Below the pieces are notes generated by a model, which was not told where the DNA came from, did no database searches, and saw nothing but the letters and a program-made list of their open reading frames with translations. A stretch of DNA of 64,000 nt from a virus. Of the stretch, positions 1 to 8,544 are shown one piece after another (position 1 is the first letter of the stretch; each line of letters begins with the position of its first letter). Where the stretch lies: IMG/VR virus record IMGVR_UViG_3300003310_000098, positions 28,717 through 92,716 of that record. One strand, 5' to 3'. The translations under genes and the position numbers were made by a program.

Positions 1-221
1 GTTTTGAAAGCAATGGGCATTCCAATCAGGAAATTGGAATCAATGTCACTTAAAGAGTGTCCTGCTGCTATGCCTAAAGCTAGAATACCACCAATAGAAG
101 TTCCAGCTAATAGGTCAACCTTTTCAATTAAATCTGGTTTTTTATCTAAAAGCCTTTTGAGTAGTGTGAGAGAAGAATAGCCGTGCATCCCGCCGCCGTC
201 AATTGCTAGAATCCTGTACAT
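1..221 (-). CDS. Patatin-like phospholipase (runs off window)
   Basis: Manual translation MYRILAIDGGGMHG...DLLAGTSIGGILAL: DGGG oxyanion motif and GxSxG nucleophile elbow; not in ORF track. Confidence 0.9.
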   Translation of the reverse strand, partial: MYRILAIDGGGMHGYSSLTLLKRLLDKKPDLIEKVDLLAGTSIGGILALGIAAGHSLSDIDSNFLIGMPIAFK

Positions 222-324
222 TTGTACCCCATTTTACAAATTGGTAAAGCCAGACGCATGGCCTAAAATACAATTTAACAGCGGATTTGGCAGTTTCAAC
301 AGTCAAACGCCAGAACTCTTTCAT
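199..324 (-). CDS. Small hypothetical protein (41 aa, MKEFWRLTVETAKSAVKLYFRP...)
   Basis: ATG overlaps upstream TAA (TAATG coupling); fills gap. Confidence 0.5.
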   Translation of the reverse strand: MKEFWRLTVETAKSAVKLYFRPCVWLYQFVKWGTNVQDSSN

Positions 325-644
325 TATACTTCCTTAAAAGCAAGTTCTGGATAATCACCATTGTCGAATTTATTCATGAACTTGCCGACTGCTTTCGGTA
401 TTTGAACTTCGCACTCTTCATTGCGCAATTCGAATGCAATAGTCTCAGTGTCCGAGTAAATGTTTTTCAGATTCTTAAATTGTTTTCTGATTAACTTTGT
501 GATAGGGCATCGGTCTGAATATGACCTATATCCCTTAACCTTCATTTCTTTCAAGGATTCAGCAATCTTGTTAGGACCAGTGCCTAAAGATTTTAGTAAA
601 TCCTTAACCTTGGTTTGCATTTCCTTAACAGTGCATGTGGCCAT
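324..644 (-). CDS. Hypothetical protein
   Basis: ORF with AGGAG RBS in coupled minus-strand operon. Confidence 0.75.
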   Translation of the reverse strand: MATCTVKEMQTKVKDLLKSLGTGPNKIAESLKEMKVKGYRSYSDRCPITKLIRKQFKNLKNIYSDTETIAFELRNEECEVQIPKAVGKFMNKFDNGDYPELAFKEV

Positions 645-850
645 TATTTTACTCCTAATTGATTTTGTATCTTAACCCAACTAATGGTTTCTATGTTGAT
701 TTCCTCAACATAGAAACCAGCCAAGAACCCAATTGGAAAAATCTCTTCTACATCGAGGATGTTGTTGGCTTCAATATATTTTATTGGACCAACAACATCC
801 TCATTACCACATGTATCAGCCGAGCGTTGATAAACAGCGAAAACTGGCAT
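644..850 (-). CDS. Hypothetical protein
   Basis: TAATG-coupled ORF. Confidence 0.65.
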   Translation of the reverse strand: MPVFAVYQRSADTCGNEDVVGPIKYIEANNILDVEEIFPIGFLAGFYVEEINIETISWVKIQNQLGVK

Positions 851-1608
851 TACTTACTTTCTATTTCATTGACAAAATCGTACTTCGCCGCTTCCTTTTC
901 CAAAGCGCAGTTCATAATAGCGATTTCGTCTGGCACAAGACCTTTTGCCGACAGCTTTCTGTTGTAAGCCCTGAAGACTTCTGTGCCAGACGAAGCTGCA
1001 ACAACACCAGTGAGAGCAGATGCAGAGTTCTCGAAGTTTTGCAACTTAAGCAAAGGTGTACCACACGTTTCTGAAATTGTGGACCAGAATTCATTCACGT
1101 CTTTTGCATATCCTTGATAGAGACACTGCAATGGGTATACGTTGATACCTTGTTCCTTCAAGTCAGCCAGTTCCTTACGCCAATCCAACTTATCCTTATT
1201 GCCTGGGTAATTAACAGCGTGCGGCAAAGCATCCCCGATCATGACAAGAATTTTGCCACCACGCTTATCAGACCAACCCATACTCTTAGCCAGGTGCATA
1301 GCAAGTTCGTAGCATTCAGGCGCATCGCCGCCGCCTGTGTTCTTCGCATTGCGAATGAACTTATAAACTTCCTTCTTATCATTGGTCAATGGCAACACTT
1401 CATAGCAATTTGCACCATCGCAATAATCGCCGTGCGCAATAAGACCAACTCTAAGGTCAGGAATAAGTTGGAACATTTCTTCTACGGTCTTCTCCATATG
1501 GCGTCTTACGTTACCAATACAGGAAGACATAGAGCCAGTAGTATCGAAACTAAATACTACTTCAGACGCAGAGTTGATGTTTTCAGTGATGTTTACGTTG
1601 TCTGTCAT
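850..1608 (-). CDS. von Willebrand factor A domain protein
   Basis: MIDAS DTTGSM, GGGDAPE and IGDALPH motifs; AGGAG RBS. Confidence 0.9.
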   Translation of the reverse strand: MTDNVNITENINSASEVVFSFDTTGSMSSCIGNVRRHMEKTVEEMFQLIPDLRVGLIAHGDYCDGANCYEVLPLTNDKKEVYKFIRNAKNTGGGDAPECYELAMHLAKSMGWSDKRGGKILVMIGDALPHAVNYPGNKDKLDWRKELADLKEQGINVYPLQCLYQGYAKDVNEFWSTISETCGTPLLKLQNFENSASALTGVVAASSGTEVFRAYNRKLSAKGLVPDEIAIMNCALEKEAAKYDFVNEIESK

Positions 1609-1631
1609 GATTATTCTCCTTTTGGATAATA

Positions 1632-1967
1632 CTAACAGTGATGTGGGTTAAAAGCAAGAGTTTCCAAAATGCATTTTTGGATTTCAGCAAAAGGCATGTT
1701 TTCTATAGCAAATATATCACAACCATCCATGTCATATCTTGCACGCATGTCTTTTAGAAGCTGATAATTTCTTTCGTAAAAAGGCGTAACGTCTTTTAGA
1801 AATTCTTCGTCTGTAGGCACCGAACTGGCGCACGTCAAAAGAAATAGTCAGACTTTTTCTCGATTTGTATATAGTTCAGGATTAAAAATCCCGACTTTTG
1901 CTTGTGCATGTGTTTTAAGATTTTCTTTATTCTGCTCTGGTAACAGTTTAATAAAGTCTGCGAGCAT
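1632..1967 (-). pseudogene. Hypothetical gene interrupted by one in-frame TGA (1848-1850)
   Basis: Coupled ATG at 1967 reads MLADFIKL...REKV*LFLLTCASS... in frame with track ORF 1632..1838. Confidence 0.55.
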
Positions 1968-2395
1968 TAGTCTATTTTCTCTGGTGGTCTTGTGCTTTTG
2001 TAATTAACACCGTCAAACATTATGTCCAAGACTATGGATTTTTCACCATCGTTGATCTTGCAATTCATGATTTTCAAATTTTGTAGGAGCCATTCTTCCG
2101 AAACCCCTTCATTATACTTTGCAAACAACCTACCCCAACCAGGAGTTCTGGATGTACCTCCAGTTTGTGGATTTCTTTGTCCTTCTACAGCATAGAAATT
2201 AACAATTTTCTCTTTTACAGCTTCAAACTCTTCGGTGAATTTGCTAATTTTTAATGTCTGCCATGCAGCGTGCCAGGGTTCCCAATTATCATTAACTTCT
2301 AAACCGCCAATATATAACTGTGGTAGTTGCTCTTTGATATTTTCGATTTCTAGTTCAAGCACATCATCCTTCATCGAACGTATTTCTAATCTCAT
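1967..2395 (-). CDS. Hypothetical protein
   Basis: 142-aa ORF, ATGA coupling. Confidence 0.75.
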   Translation of the reverse strand: MRLEIRSMKDDVLELEIENIKEQLPQLYIGGLEVNDNWEPWHAAWQTLKISKFTEEFEAVKEKIVNFYAVEGQRNPQTGGTSRTPGWGRLFAKYNEGVSEEWLLQNLKIMNCKINDGEKSIVLDIMFDGVNYKSTRPPEKID

Positions 2396-2667
2396 ATTTT
2401 AATCCTGTTTTGTAATTTGCCAAATTCTTTGCTTTCGTAAACTTCTTTAATTAGATTCTGCTGTAATACATCATAGCAGTAAATCTGGACTAGTTTTAGC
2501 AATAACTTCTCGCCCTTGGTTGCTTTCTGTGGTAATGATACTTTGATACCTTCAACGGTAATAAGGTCGTTGTTAAGTTTTAAGTTTGCGTTGATGGTAA
2601 ATTGGTATTCAGGGTGTTTAATTTTTAGTATTTTTTTGCCAGTTCTAAGCTGTTCTAGCAGGTTCAA
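2392..2667 (-). CDS. Hypothetical protein
   Basis: Coupled ORF with AGGAG RBS. Confidence 0.7.
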   Translation of the reverse strand: MNLLEQLRTGKKILKIKHPEYQFTINANLKLNNDLITVEGIKVSLPQKATKGEKLLLKLVQIYCYDVLQQNLIKEVYESKEFGKLQNRIKI

Positions 2668-3080
2668 GGGTCTACTCCTTCTAAATTCATTTCTCTGATT
2701 TTTTGACGAGTTGCACTTAACTGAGTTTCTATTTCTTTTTTCTGAACATGCAAAGCAGGTGTCTTTTCTTCTATTTGTTTCACCACATCTGCCAAGTTGC
2801 TTGATAACTTCTTCTCAAGTTTCATGGTTTCTATTTCATTATCAGATAATCTTCTAACTGCTAAATCAACGTTGGAATGAAGATGATGTATACCAATGAT
2901 AACACCTTCTGCGGCTGTGTCAAGTCGATACTTCAGAACTTCGGAAATTGGTAATTTGAACAAATCTTCCAAGGAATGAATGTAACTGAACCCGATTAGC
3001 TTTTGCCATTCTTTCTTATCTGGACCCTTGATACAGTTTACTTTATCGCTACTTCTAGCACACCAAATGAATTTTTTCAT
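2664..3080 (-). CDS. Hypothetical protein with C-terminal coiled coil
   Basis: TATAAT 6 nt upstream of ATG (leaderless-type). Confidence 0.75.
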   Translation of the reverse strand: MKKFIWCARSSDKVNCIKGPDKKEWQKLIGFSYIHSLEDLFKLPISEVLKYRLDTAAEGVIIGIHHLHSNVDLAVRRLSDNEIETMKLEKKLSSNLADVVKQIEEKTPALHVQKKEIETQLSATRQKIREMNLEGVDP

Positions 3081-3093
3081 ACTGTTATTATAG

Positions 3094-3423
3094 TTATTCG
3101 CTGTATTTCTTCATAATTCTCTTCATCTTGGTGGCCCACGCCTGCATACGCTTCAAGTCCTTATAAATTGTAAATATACTACCACAAAAAGGATGAAACA
3201 GTTTAAATTTAATTAAATTAAAAATAAGTTGTTTAGGTTTAACTTTCTTGAGGGCATCATAGCCATAGAAATTCCAGTTAAATGAACATTGTTGGCATAT
3301 AGGCACAATCTCTGTAGTAGTAGTTCGCAGGACTGAAACGGCTTTATGTCTCCCGCAAGCTAGACAGGGCTTGTTGCCATAGAACCAAGCTTCCCAAAGT
3401 GGCTCTGGAAATTCAATGTTCAT
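3094..3423 (-). CDS. Hypothetical Zn-binding protein
   Basis: CLAC and CQQC pairs. Confidence 0.7.
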   Translation of the reverse strand: MNIEFPEPLWEAWFYGNKPCLACGRHKAVSVLRTTTTEIVPICQQCSFNWNFYGYDALKKVKPKQLIFNLIKFKLFHPFCGSIFTIYKDLKRMQAWATKMKRIMKKYSE

Positions 3424-3899
3424 TTCAATTCCTTGTACAGGTCAAACCAATCCTGGTCTTCTTTAACATTTGAGTCATAAAGACACAATTCTACAACAAC
3501 ACCTTTGTATCTTCTACGGAAAAATCCATAGTTTTTGATTTTGTACTCACGATCTGTGCCCAAAAATGTACTCTTATTCTTATTTTTGCTTATAGGGTAA
3601 TCAGAACCAACAGCACTAAAATGACTTTCAATATACACACTTTGTTTGACATAATGTTCATAATAAGGACATTCGATCTTAACTCTGTGAAGTTCGCCAA
3701 GTTGAGGAACGATACTGTCTACATAGTCTTTACAAGCTTGATAGTTCTCAGCTTTATGGACTTGTGAAGTCATGTACTCAGTGCGGTGGTGAGATTTATC
3801 GGGCTTAAGGAGGTCTATGACAATGGTTTTTATAGGAATTTTCTTTGCTAAGTCTATGATGGATTCGGTTCCAGTAATATGAATCTCAAAAATTTCCAT
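3420..3899 (-). CDS. Hypothetical protein
   Basis: 159-aa ORF in operon. Confidence 0.75.
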   Translation of the reverse strand: MEIFEIHITGTESIIDLAKKIPIKTIVIDLLKPDKSHHRTEYMTSQVHKAENYQACKDYVDSIVPQLGELHRVKIECPYYEHYVKQSVYIESHFSAVGSDYPISKNKNKSTFLGTDREYKIKNYGFFRRRYKGVVVELCLYDSNVKEDQDWFDLYKELK

Positions 3900-4335
3900 C
3901 TTCTTTCAACCTGTATTTAAAGTAATAAGAATCTTCGGTTTCGTAATAATCCCGTATAAGAGATGCTCTGAAATTTAGGCTTTTCAAAAAAAACTGTGTG
4001 GCCAAGTTACTTTCTCTGACATTTGTGCTGATGTATATGCGGCGGTCTGGGCTTAATCTATCGAGTAGCATTCCAACTAATTGCGTACCTATTTTTTGTC
4101 TTCTAACTTCTTCTCTTACTGCTAGGTGTTCAATATAAAAGTAATCTTTATATAGTTCATAAATCATATAACCAACTACGATGCCATGCGATTCAGCGGC
4201 CATACCTATACAATTTGTATTACCCAATGCATCAAAAAAATCCGCTTCTTCCCAAGGAAATTTAAGGCTTTCTTGGATTTTTAGGACTGTGGGCATATCC
4301 CTTCTAATTAACCAGCGAATACTTACCTTCTGCAT
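3886..4335 (-). CDS. GNAT acetyltransferase, RimI-like (paralogue 1)
   Basis: IRWLIRRDM, RRQKIG acetyl-CoA motif, VRESNLATQFF. Confidence 0.88.
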   Translation of the reverse strand: MQKVSIRWLIRRDMPTVLKIQESLKFPWEEADFFDALGNTNCIGMAAESHGIVVGYMIYELYKDYFYIEHLAVREEVRRQKIGTQLVGMLLDRLSPDRRIYISTNVRESNLATQFFLKSLNFRASLIRDYYETEDSYYFKYRLKEDGNF

Positions 4336-4629
4336 TTAAAATTCTTTTCCGCATATGTTGCATTCATAAAAAGAGTCATTATTGCCAGATGGATCAGGAT
4401 GATAAGTGCGGGTCCAGTGCTGACATTTTTTCTGCCATTCTTTAATTGTGGCTTTTAAGTCTTTTATTTTTTTATCATAATTCATTTGTTCAGTTTGCAT
4501 TAATTTATTAGTTGCAGCAATACCGCTTTTAATATCCTCTACCAATTTTAGTTGTGCATGAAGATATTCTGCTATGTCATTACCTTTATATTCGTCTACT
4601 ATTTGTTTGATTAATTCTTTGCTAATCAT
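4336..4629 (-). CDS. Hypothetical protein (coiled coil + Zn ribbon)
   Basis: CQH...CNICG. Confidence 0.7.
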   Translation of the reverse strand: MISKELIKQIVDEYKGNDIAEYLHAQLKLVEDIKSGIAATNKLMQTEQMNYDKKIKDLKATIKEWQKKCQHWTRTYHPDPSGNNDSFYECNICGKEF

Positions 4630-4859
4630 TTTCCAGCCAACCTTTTCTTTACATAATCAAGAACTTCTGGGTCTGTGAAGCCAAGTTGCCCACAAGCCAT
4701 CATATATTTAATTTCAAAATTAGCTTCTTTAATTTGATAATTGAGCTTTGCATCTAGATCACTTACATACTTATAAGTCGGGCCTTTTAGTTCACCTTCA
4801 TCGGGGCTAAGTTTAATCTTGCTTGCTAACTGTAAAGCTTCTACTACTTGTGGATTCAT
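4626..4859 (-). CDS. Hypothetical protein
   Basis: Coupled ORF. Confidence 0.65.
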   Translation of the reverse strand: MNPQVVEALQLASKIKLSPDEGELKGPTYKYVSDLDAKLNYQIKEANFEIKYMMACGQLGFTDPEVLDYVKKRLAGK

Positions 4860-5122
4860 ATTTTACATTCCTTACATTCGTGATAACTTCTAATAACTCT
4901 TCCGTGAGGCTCTGCTTCGGACTCTTCGATTTGTCCTTTTCCATGACAAACCTTGCACCAAGGTCGCAAATTGAGTGTTTTGCTTGCTATAATTTTGGTG
5001 ATGATGAGTCTTTGGCAAAGCAGGCAAATGTCTACATCATTAAAACCCTTAATTTCGGCTGAGTTCTTTTCTTTGCCACAGATATCACAATAATGTAGTG
5101 TCTTTTTCATCTTTCTATACAC
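4856..5122 (-). CDS. Zn-finger protein (DnaJ-like CxxCxGxG)
   Basis: CDIC, CLLC, CKVCHGKG, CKEC. Confidence 0.7.
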   Translation of the reverse strand: MYRKMKKTLHYCDICGKEKNSAEIKGFNDVDICLLCQRLIITKIIASKTLNLRPWCKVCHGKGQIEESEAEPHGRVIRSYHECKECKI

Positions 5123-5604
5123 TGCCCTTCGGCGTCAACAAGTTTTTTAAGATGTACTTCTAAAGACTTCCAACACTTTTTCTGATCGGATTTAGGATTG
5201 TCTTTTTCATAATCCTTGGGGATTAGTTTGCCAGATTTGCTCATTACCAAGTGGTCGTTGCCTTCGCCTTTGGTTGGTATGTATATGAAGAAGGATTGGT
5301 CCCCATACTTGCTCAATCCAAGGGCATAACCTTCCACTAATTGGCAACGGAAATAAATCACACTATCTTGCCAGTCACTACTAGCAGCACGCATCTGACA
5401 TTTGAATCTACATTTTGAGTGTTCCCAATAGTCCTGTGGGACTGTAATAACTCTGTCTACTACTTTGTCATCGTTCTCAAAGTATAAACTCATTCCAGCT
5501 TTTTTGCCAGCTTCTTTCAATAAATCTTTCCATTTTACTTCTGCAAGATAATGGTAGTCGAAGAAGCTTTCGGCCTCGGTAATTACCCACTCTTTGAATA
5601 GCAT
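5107..5604 (-). CDS. Hypothetical, putative head-internal protein
   Basis: Start MLFKEWVITEAE (CTS-like); TATAAATA at 5631-5638 on minus strand. Confidence 0.7.
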   Translation of the reverse strand: MLFKEWVITEAESFFDYHYLAEVKWKDLLKEAGKKAGMSLYFENDDKVVDRVITVPQDYWEHSKCRFKCQMRAASSDWQDSVIYFRCQLVEGYALGLSKYGDQSFFIYIPTKGEGNDHLVMSKSGKLIPKDYEKDNPKSDQKKCWKSLEVHLKKLVDAEGQCIER

Positions 5605-5654
5605 ATAATATTTAGTCAAGAATGCATATATATTTATAACACAGGAGGTGTTAC

Positions 5655-5813
5655 ATGCTAAATGGATGGAAGACTTATATTGCTGCTATTGGCTTGGTCG
5701 GCCTAGCCGTTCACCAATTCAGCATAGGTGATTTCAACATGGGTTGGACCAACCTAATGGCCGCACTTGCAACTTTCGGCGTTCGAAATGCAATGGCACG
5801 CGCGGGAATGTAA
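5655..5813 (+). CDS. Small membrane protein, holin-like (52 aa)
   Basis: AGGAGGT RBS; MLNGWKTYIAAIGLVGLAVHQF...LMAALATFGVRNAM with two hydrophobic segments; followed by hairpin. Confidence 0.7.
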   Translation: MLNGWKTYIAAIGLVGLAVHQFSIGDFNMGWTNLMAALATFGVRNAMARAGM

Positions 5814-5817
5814 ACAC

Positions 5818-5841
5818 AATGCCGCCTTTTTAGGCGGCATT
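5818..5841. terminator. Hairpin between convergent genes
   Basis: AATGCCGCCT-TTTT-AGGCGGCATT. Confidence 0.75.
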
Positions 5842-5842
5842 A

Positions 5843-6058
5843 TTATGCGCACTGAACCACTTCTGGAACTTTGTAATCCTTGCCTGTGTACGCTTTCATA
5901 AAGTGTTCTATTAACCAATCCCCAGCCATGTAAATGTTTTTACCATTCGACATGAAGATGGATAGTTTAAAATACATCAAATCCCAATCGTAGACAATTT
6001 CCACAGATGTAATTTGTGCTAAATTAATCCATATGCCACAATCAGGAACTTTGTACAT
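5843..6058 (-). CDS. Hypothetical protein
   Basis: Coupled ORF. Confidence 0.7.
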   Translation of the reverse strand: MYKVPDCGIWINLAQITSVEIVYDWDLMYFKLSIFMSNGKNIYMAGDWLIEHFMKAYTGKDYKVPEVVQCA

Positions 6059-6378
6059 TATTCGCCCGCTATTTTAAGACCAGTAGCCGCACCTGCTAGT
6101 ACGATACCAGAGCCAAATTTTGAGTTATAAGCATTGAACACTTCTTCATTTGATACTTCATCTTCAAAGATGATATGCTCAGGAAGCAGAGTTAGTTTAT
6201 TATCATCTTTACCAGTACATAATGACCTGGCAGGTTCCAAATAAGGCATCATTGCCACGCCTTGTTGGGTGAACATCAGTTTCACTGGATTTTCCATGTG
6301 CCATGCACCACATGCTTTTTTTGCTTTAGCAATGATTTCTTCACCAGTGATGAGTTTGAAAAAACGTAAATCATTCAT
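6058..6378 (-). CDS. Sm-like phage protein (T4-like family)
   Basis: FKLITGEEIIAK N-terminus and YNSKFGSGIV C-terminus. Confidence 0.65.
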   Translation of the reverse strand: MNDLRFFKLITGEEIIAKAKKACGAWHMENPVKLMFTQQGVAMMPYLEPARSLCTGKDDNKLTLLPEHIIFEDEVSNEEVFNAYNSKFGSGIVLAGAATGLKIAGE

Positions 6379-6847
6379 TTTTATTTCCTTTTAGTTTATA
6401 CTTAAAACGATAAGCTGTTTCATCATCATCATAATAGTTATGGATGATTTTAATTGCTTTAAATCCATGTGATTTAAAGAAAAGCTGTGCTGTGAGACTG
6501 CTTTCCCTTGTTTCTAAAGTTATTGCTGTACGACGATGAGCCGATAATTTGCTGATTAATTTATCAATAAGTTGACTGCCAATTTTACATCTATGATACT
6601 CTGGCAATACCGCAAAATTCAAAATGCGGAGTTTAGTTTTGTATAACTCATAGATATAGAACCCCACTATTTTTTCGCCTAATTCGGCAACCATGCCAAT
6701 ACAATTACGCTCACGCAATACTGCCAAGAAATTTTCTTCATTCCAAGGTGCATAGAAACAGGCATTCTCAATCTCTAAAACTTCTGGCATATCACGCCGA
6801 ATCATCCAACGAATATGTACGCTGACTTTTGTAATTGTGGATTCCAT
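6371..6847 (-). CDS. rimI: GNAT acetyltransferase, RimI-like (paralogue 2)
   Basis: VHIRWMIRRDMPEVLEIE, LRILNFAV, RESSLTAQLFF. Confidence 0.88.
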   Translation of the reverse strand: MESTITKVSVHIRWMIRRDMPEVLEIENACFYAPWNEENFLAVLRERNCIGMVAELGEKIVGFYIYELYKTKLRILNFAVLPEYHRCKIGSQLIDKLISKLSAHRRTAITLETRESSLTAQLFFKSHGFKAIKIIHNYYDDDETAYRFKYKLKGNKNE

Positions 6848-7135
6848 TTAGTAGGCTCCGTAAATTAGCTCGCCATCTTTTGTTGGCATTAAACCACTAG
6901 GTTCATTTCTAAAATCAGGTCTAGGCAAAATTTTCCACCTTACAATTGTTTGCGGAGGTAATCTTCTAATTAATTGTTTTAATTGATACTCGGTATCAAC
7001 TAATATCAATTCACTATGCCCAGCCATCCTTGAAAAAAGACATTGTACTAATACAGAATCACTTGTGTTTCTAAGAACATGGAAAATTGGACGAAGAAAT
7101 TTAATGCTTTTTGCACTTACTTTTTGAATTTCCAT
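6848..7135 (-). CDS. Hypothetical protein
   Basis: ORF in operon. Confidence 0.65.
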   Translation of the reverse strand: MEIQKVSAKSIKFLRPIFHVLRNTSDSVLVQCLFSRMAGHSELILVDTEYQLKQLIRRLPPQTIVRWKILPRPDFRNEPSGLMPTKDGELIYGAY

Positions 7136-7341
7136 GTTTGCGTTCTACCCAAGCCACTATCAACATGCAAAACTCTTTCTCTCTTTTTCAATTTACCACG
7201 TTCATCACGAAATTCAAGAGAAACTGTTGGCAAGCGATCCTCAGCATGATAAGGTTTTTCTGGAAGATTGTAAATAGTAGCTTCGTACTCTCTGTTGCTA
7301 ATGGAAGTGTAAATTACTTTCAAACCTATTAAGTCATTCAT
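7117..7341 (-). CDS. Hypothetical protein
   Basis: ORF in operon. Confidence 0.65.
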   Translation of the reverse strand: MNDLIGLKVIYTSISNREYEATIYNLPEKPYHAEDRLPTVSLEFRDERGKLKKRERVLHVDSGLGRTQTWKFKK

Positions 7342-7550
7342 TTTTTTGCCTTTTTTACTTTTGACAATTCATCTGGAAGTCTACCATGATTAGCCAACCA
7401 CTCGTCATCTGCTTGCACATAGTTATATTTGACACCAATTGCGTCTAAAATATCATAGATTTCTAAACGATGGTTCTCCATGACGAGTTTACCATCAATG
7501 TAAAGACCTTCCCAATCGCCACAGTCATCATCAACAAATGTAATCTTCAT
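7338..7550 (-). CDS. Hypothetical protein
   Basis: DWEGLYIDGKL, common small phage protein pattern. Confidence 0.7.
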   Translation of the reverse strand: MKITFVDDDCGDWEGLYIDGKLVMENHRLEIYDILDAIGVKYNYVQADDEWLANHGRLPDELSKVKKAKK

Positions 7551-7815
7551 AATGAAACGCTATCTCCGATGGTGCGAACCAATTCGTGTTATTGCCTAGT
7601 AAACCATGATTAACGTCTAGCAGAACACCAATCCAGAAATTTGATGAATAGGCATAATCCTGAAACATATGAGCAACAATAGTGCCGTATTCACCGATAT
7701 ATTGATTAAAGTTTGCTTCATTCAGTATATCAAATGGGCCAGTTACTTTAATCCTTAGCCCAATAGGGTAACTATTTCTTAGTTCTTTTCTAATTAACCA
7801 AATGTTTCTCATCAA
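7531..7815 (-). CDS. Hypothetical protein (MRNIWL N-terminus, SH3/KOW-like)
   Basis: IGLRIKV...IGEYGTIV...IGVLLD. Confidence 0.6.
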   Translation of the reverse strand: MMRNIWLIRKELRNSYPIGLRIKVTGPFDILNEANFNQYIGEYGTIVAHMFQDYAYSSNFWIGVLLDVNHGLLGNNTNWFAPSEIAFHYEDYIC

Positions 7816-8200
7816 ACCCCTTCAACAACAAATCTCTAACTTTTTCGTAAACACTGTTTTTTAGAACTCTGCAAGCAGGGTGTGGTGTAATAATTAAAGG
7901 ACCATCCCAAAGTTTTACCAACACCTTTTCGGCCTGTTTGCCGCAAGCAACAATGGCTTCTGGCTCCCTCCTATTTATAATTTCCTTTATGTATTCTATG
8001 TCGGGCGGTATTATAGAATCTGCAAACTCCCCTACTATAGGAGTTGTATTTTCACATAAATCAAAATCATCTTTTACGATGATTTTCAGTCTTTGACCAG
8101 ACCTCGATTTAGCCAAAGCTTTAAGCCAACTTCTTCTTGGCCAAGTTCCACCTGCGTACAAGGGGGACCAAGCGTTCTGTAAGAAGATTATGTATTTCAT
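7790..8200 (-). CDS. Uracil-DNA-glycosylase-superfamily-like protein
   Basis: FLQNAW, SRSGQRL, PEAIVACGKQA and C-terminal PHPA. Confidence 0.5.
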   Translation of the reverse strand: MKYIIFLQNAWSPLYAGGTWPRRSWLKALAKSRSGQRLKIIVKDDFDLCENTTPIVGEFADSIIPPDIEYIKEIINRREPEAIVACGKQAEKVLVKLWDGPLIITPHPACRVLKNSVYEKVRDLLLKGFDEKHLVN

Positions 8201-8544
8201 GATTTCTTTTCAACATCAATATTGAATAAACAAATAACACACAAAAAGAAACAATAAAAAGCACTCAGTCCTAGCAAAATCCAATTAAACCATTGATGAA
8301 CTGGAGTGCCATACATCATCAGTGCTTCGTAATAACCCATGTGTTGACCACGCCCATGAAAGATTGAACCCAAACTGTCACGGTTATAATAATGAAGGTA
8401 ATGGGCCAAAACAACAAATAATATTGGTGCTGGCCAAAACCACTTAATACCAGAGTCTTTGATAATAATCGCCCATGAGCTAAAGAACCAAGTGAAAACT
8501 AGAAGCAAAATTGGAATAATCCAAAATACGGAAAAATCTGTCAT
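8197..8544 (-). CDS. Membrane protein (3 TM)
   Basis: Three hydrophobic stretches. Confidence 0.7.
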   Translation of the reverse strand: MTDFSVFWIIPILLLVFTWFFSSWAIIIKDSGIKWFWPAPILFVVLAHYLHYYNRDSLGSIFHGRGQHMGYYEALMMYGTPVHQWFNWILLGLSAFYCFFLCVICLFNIDVEKKS

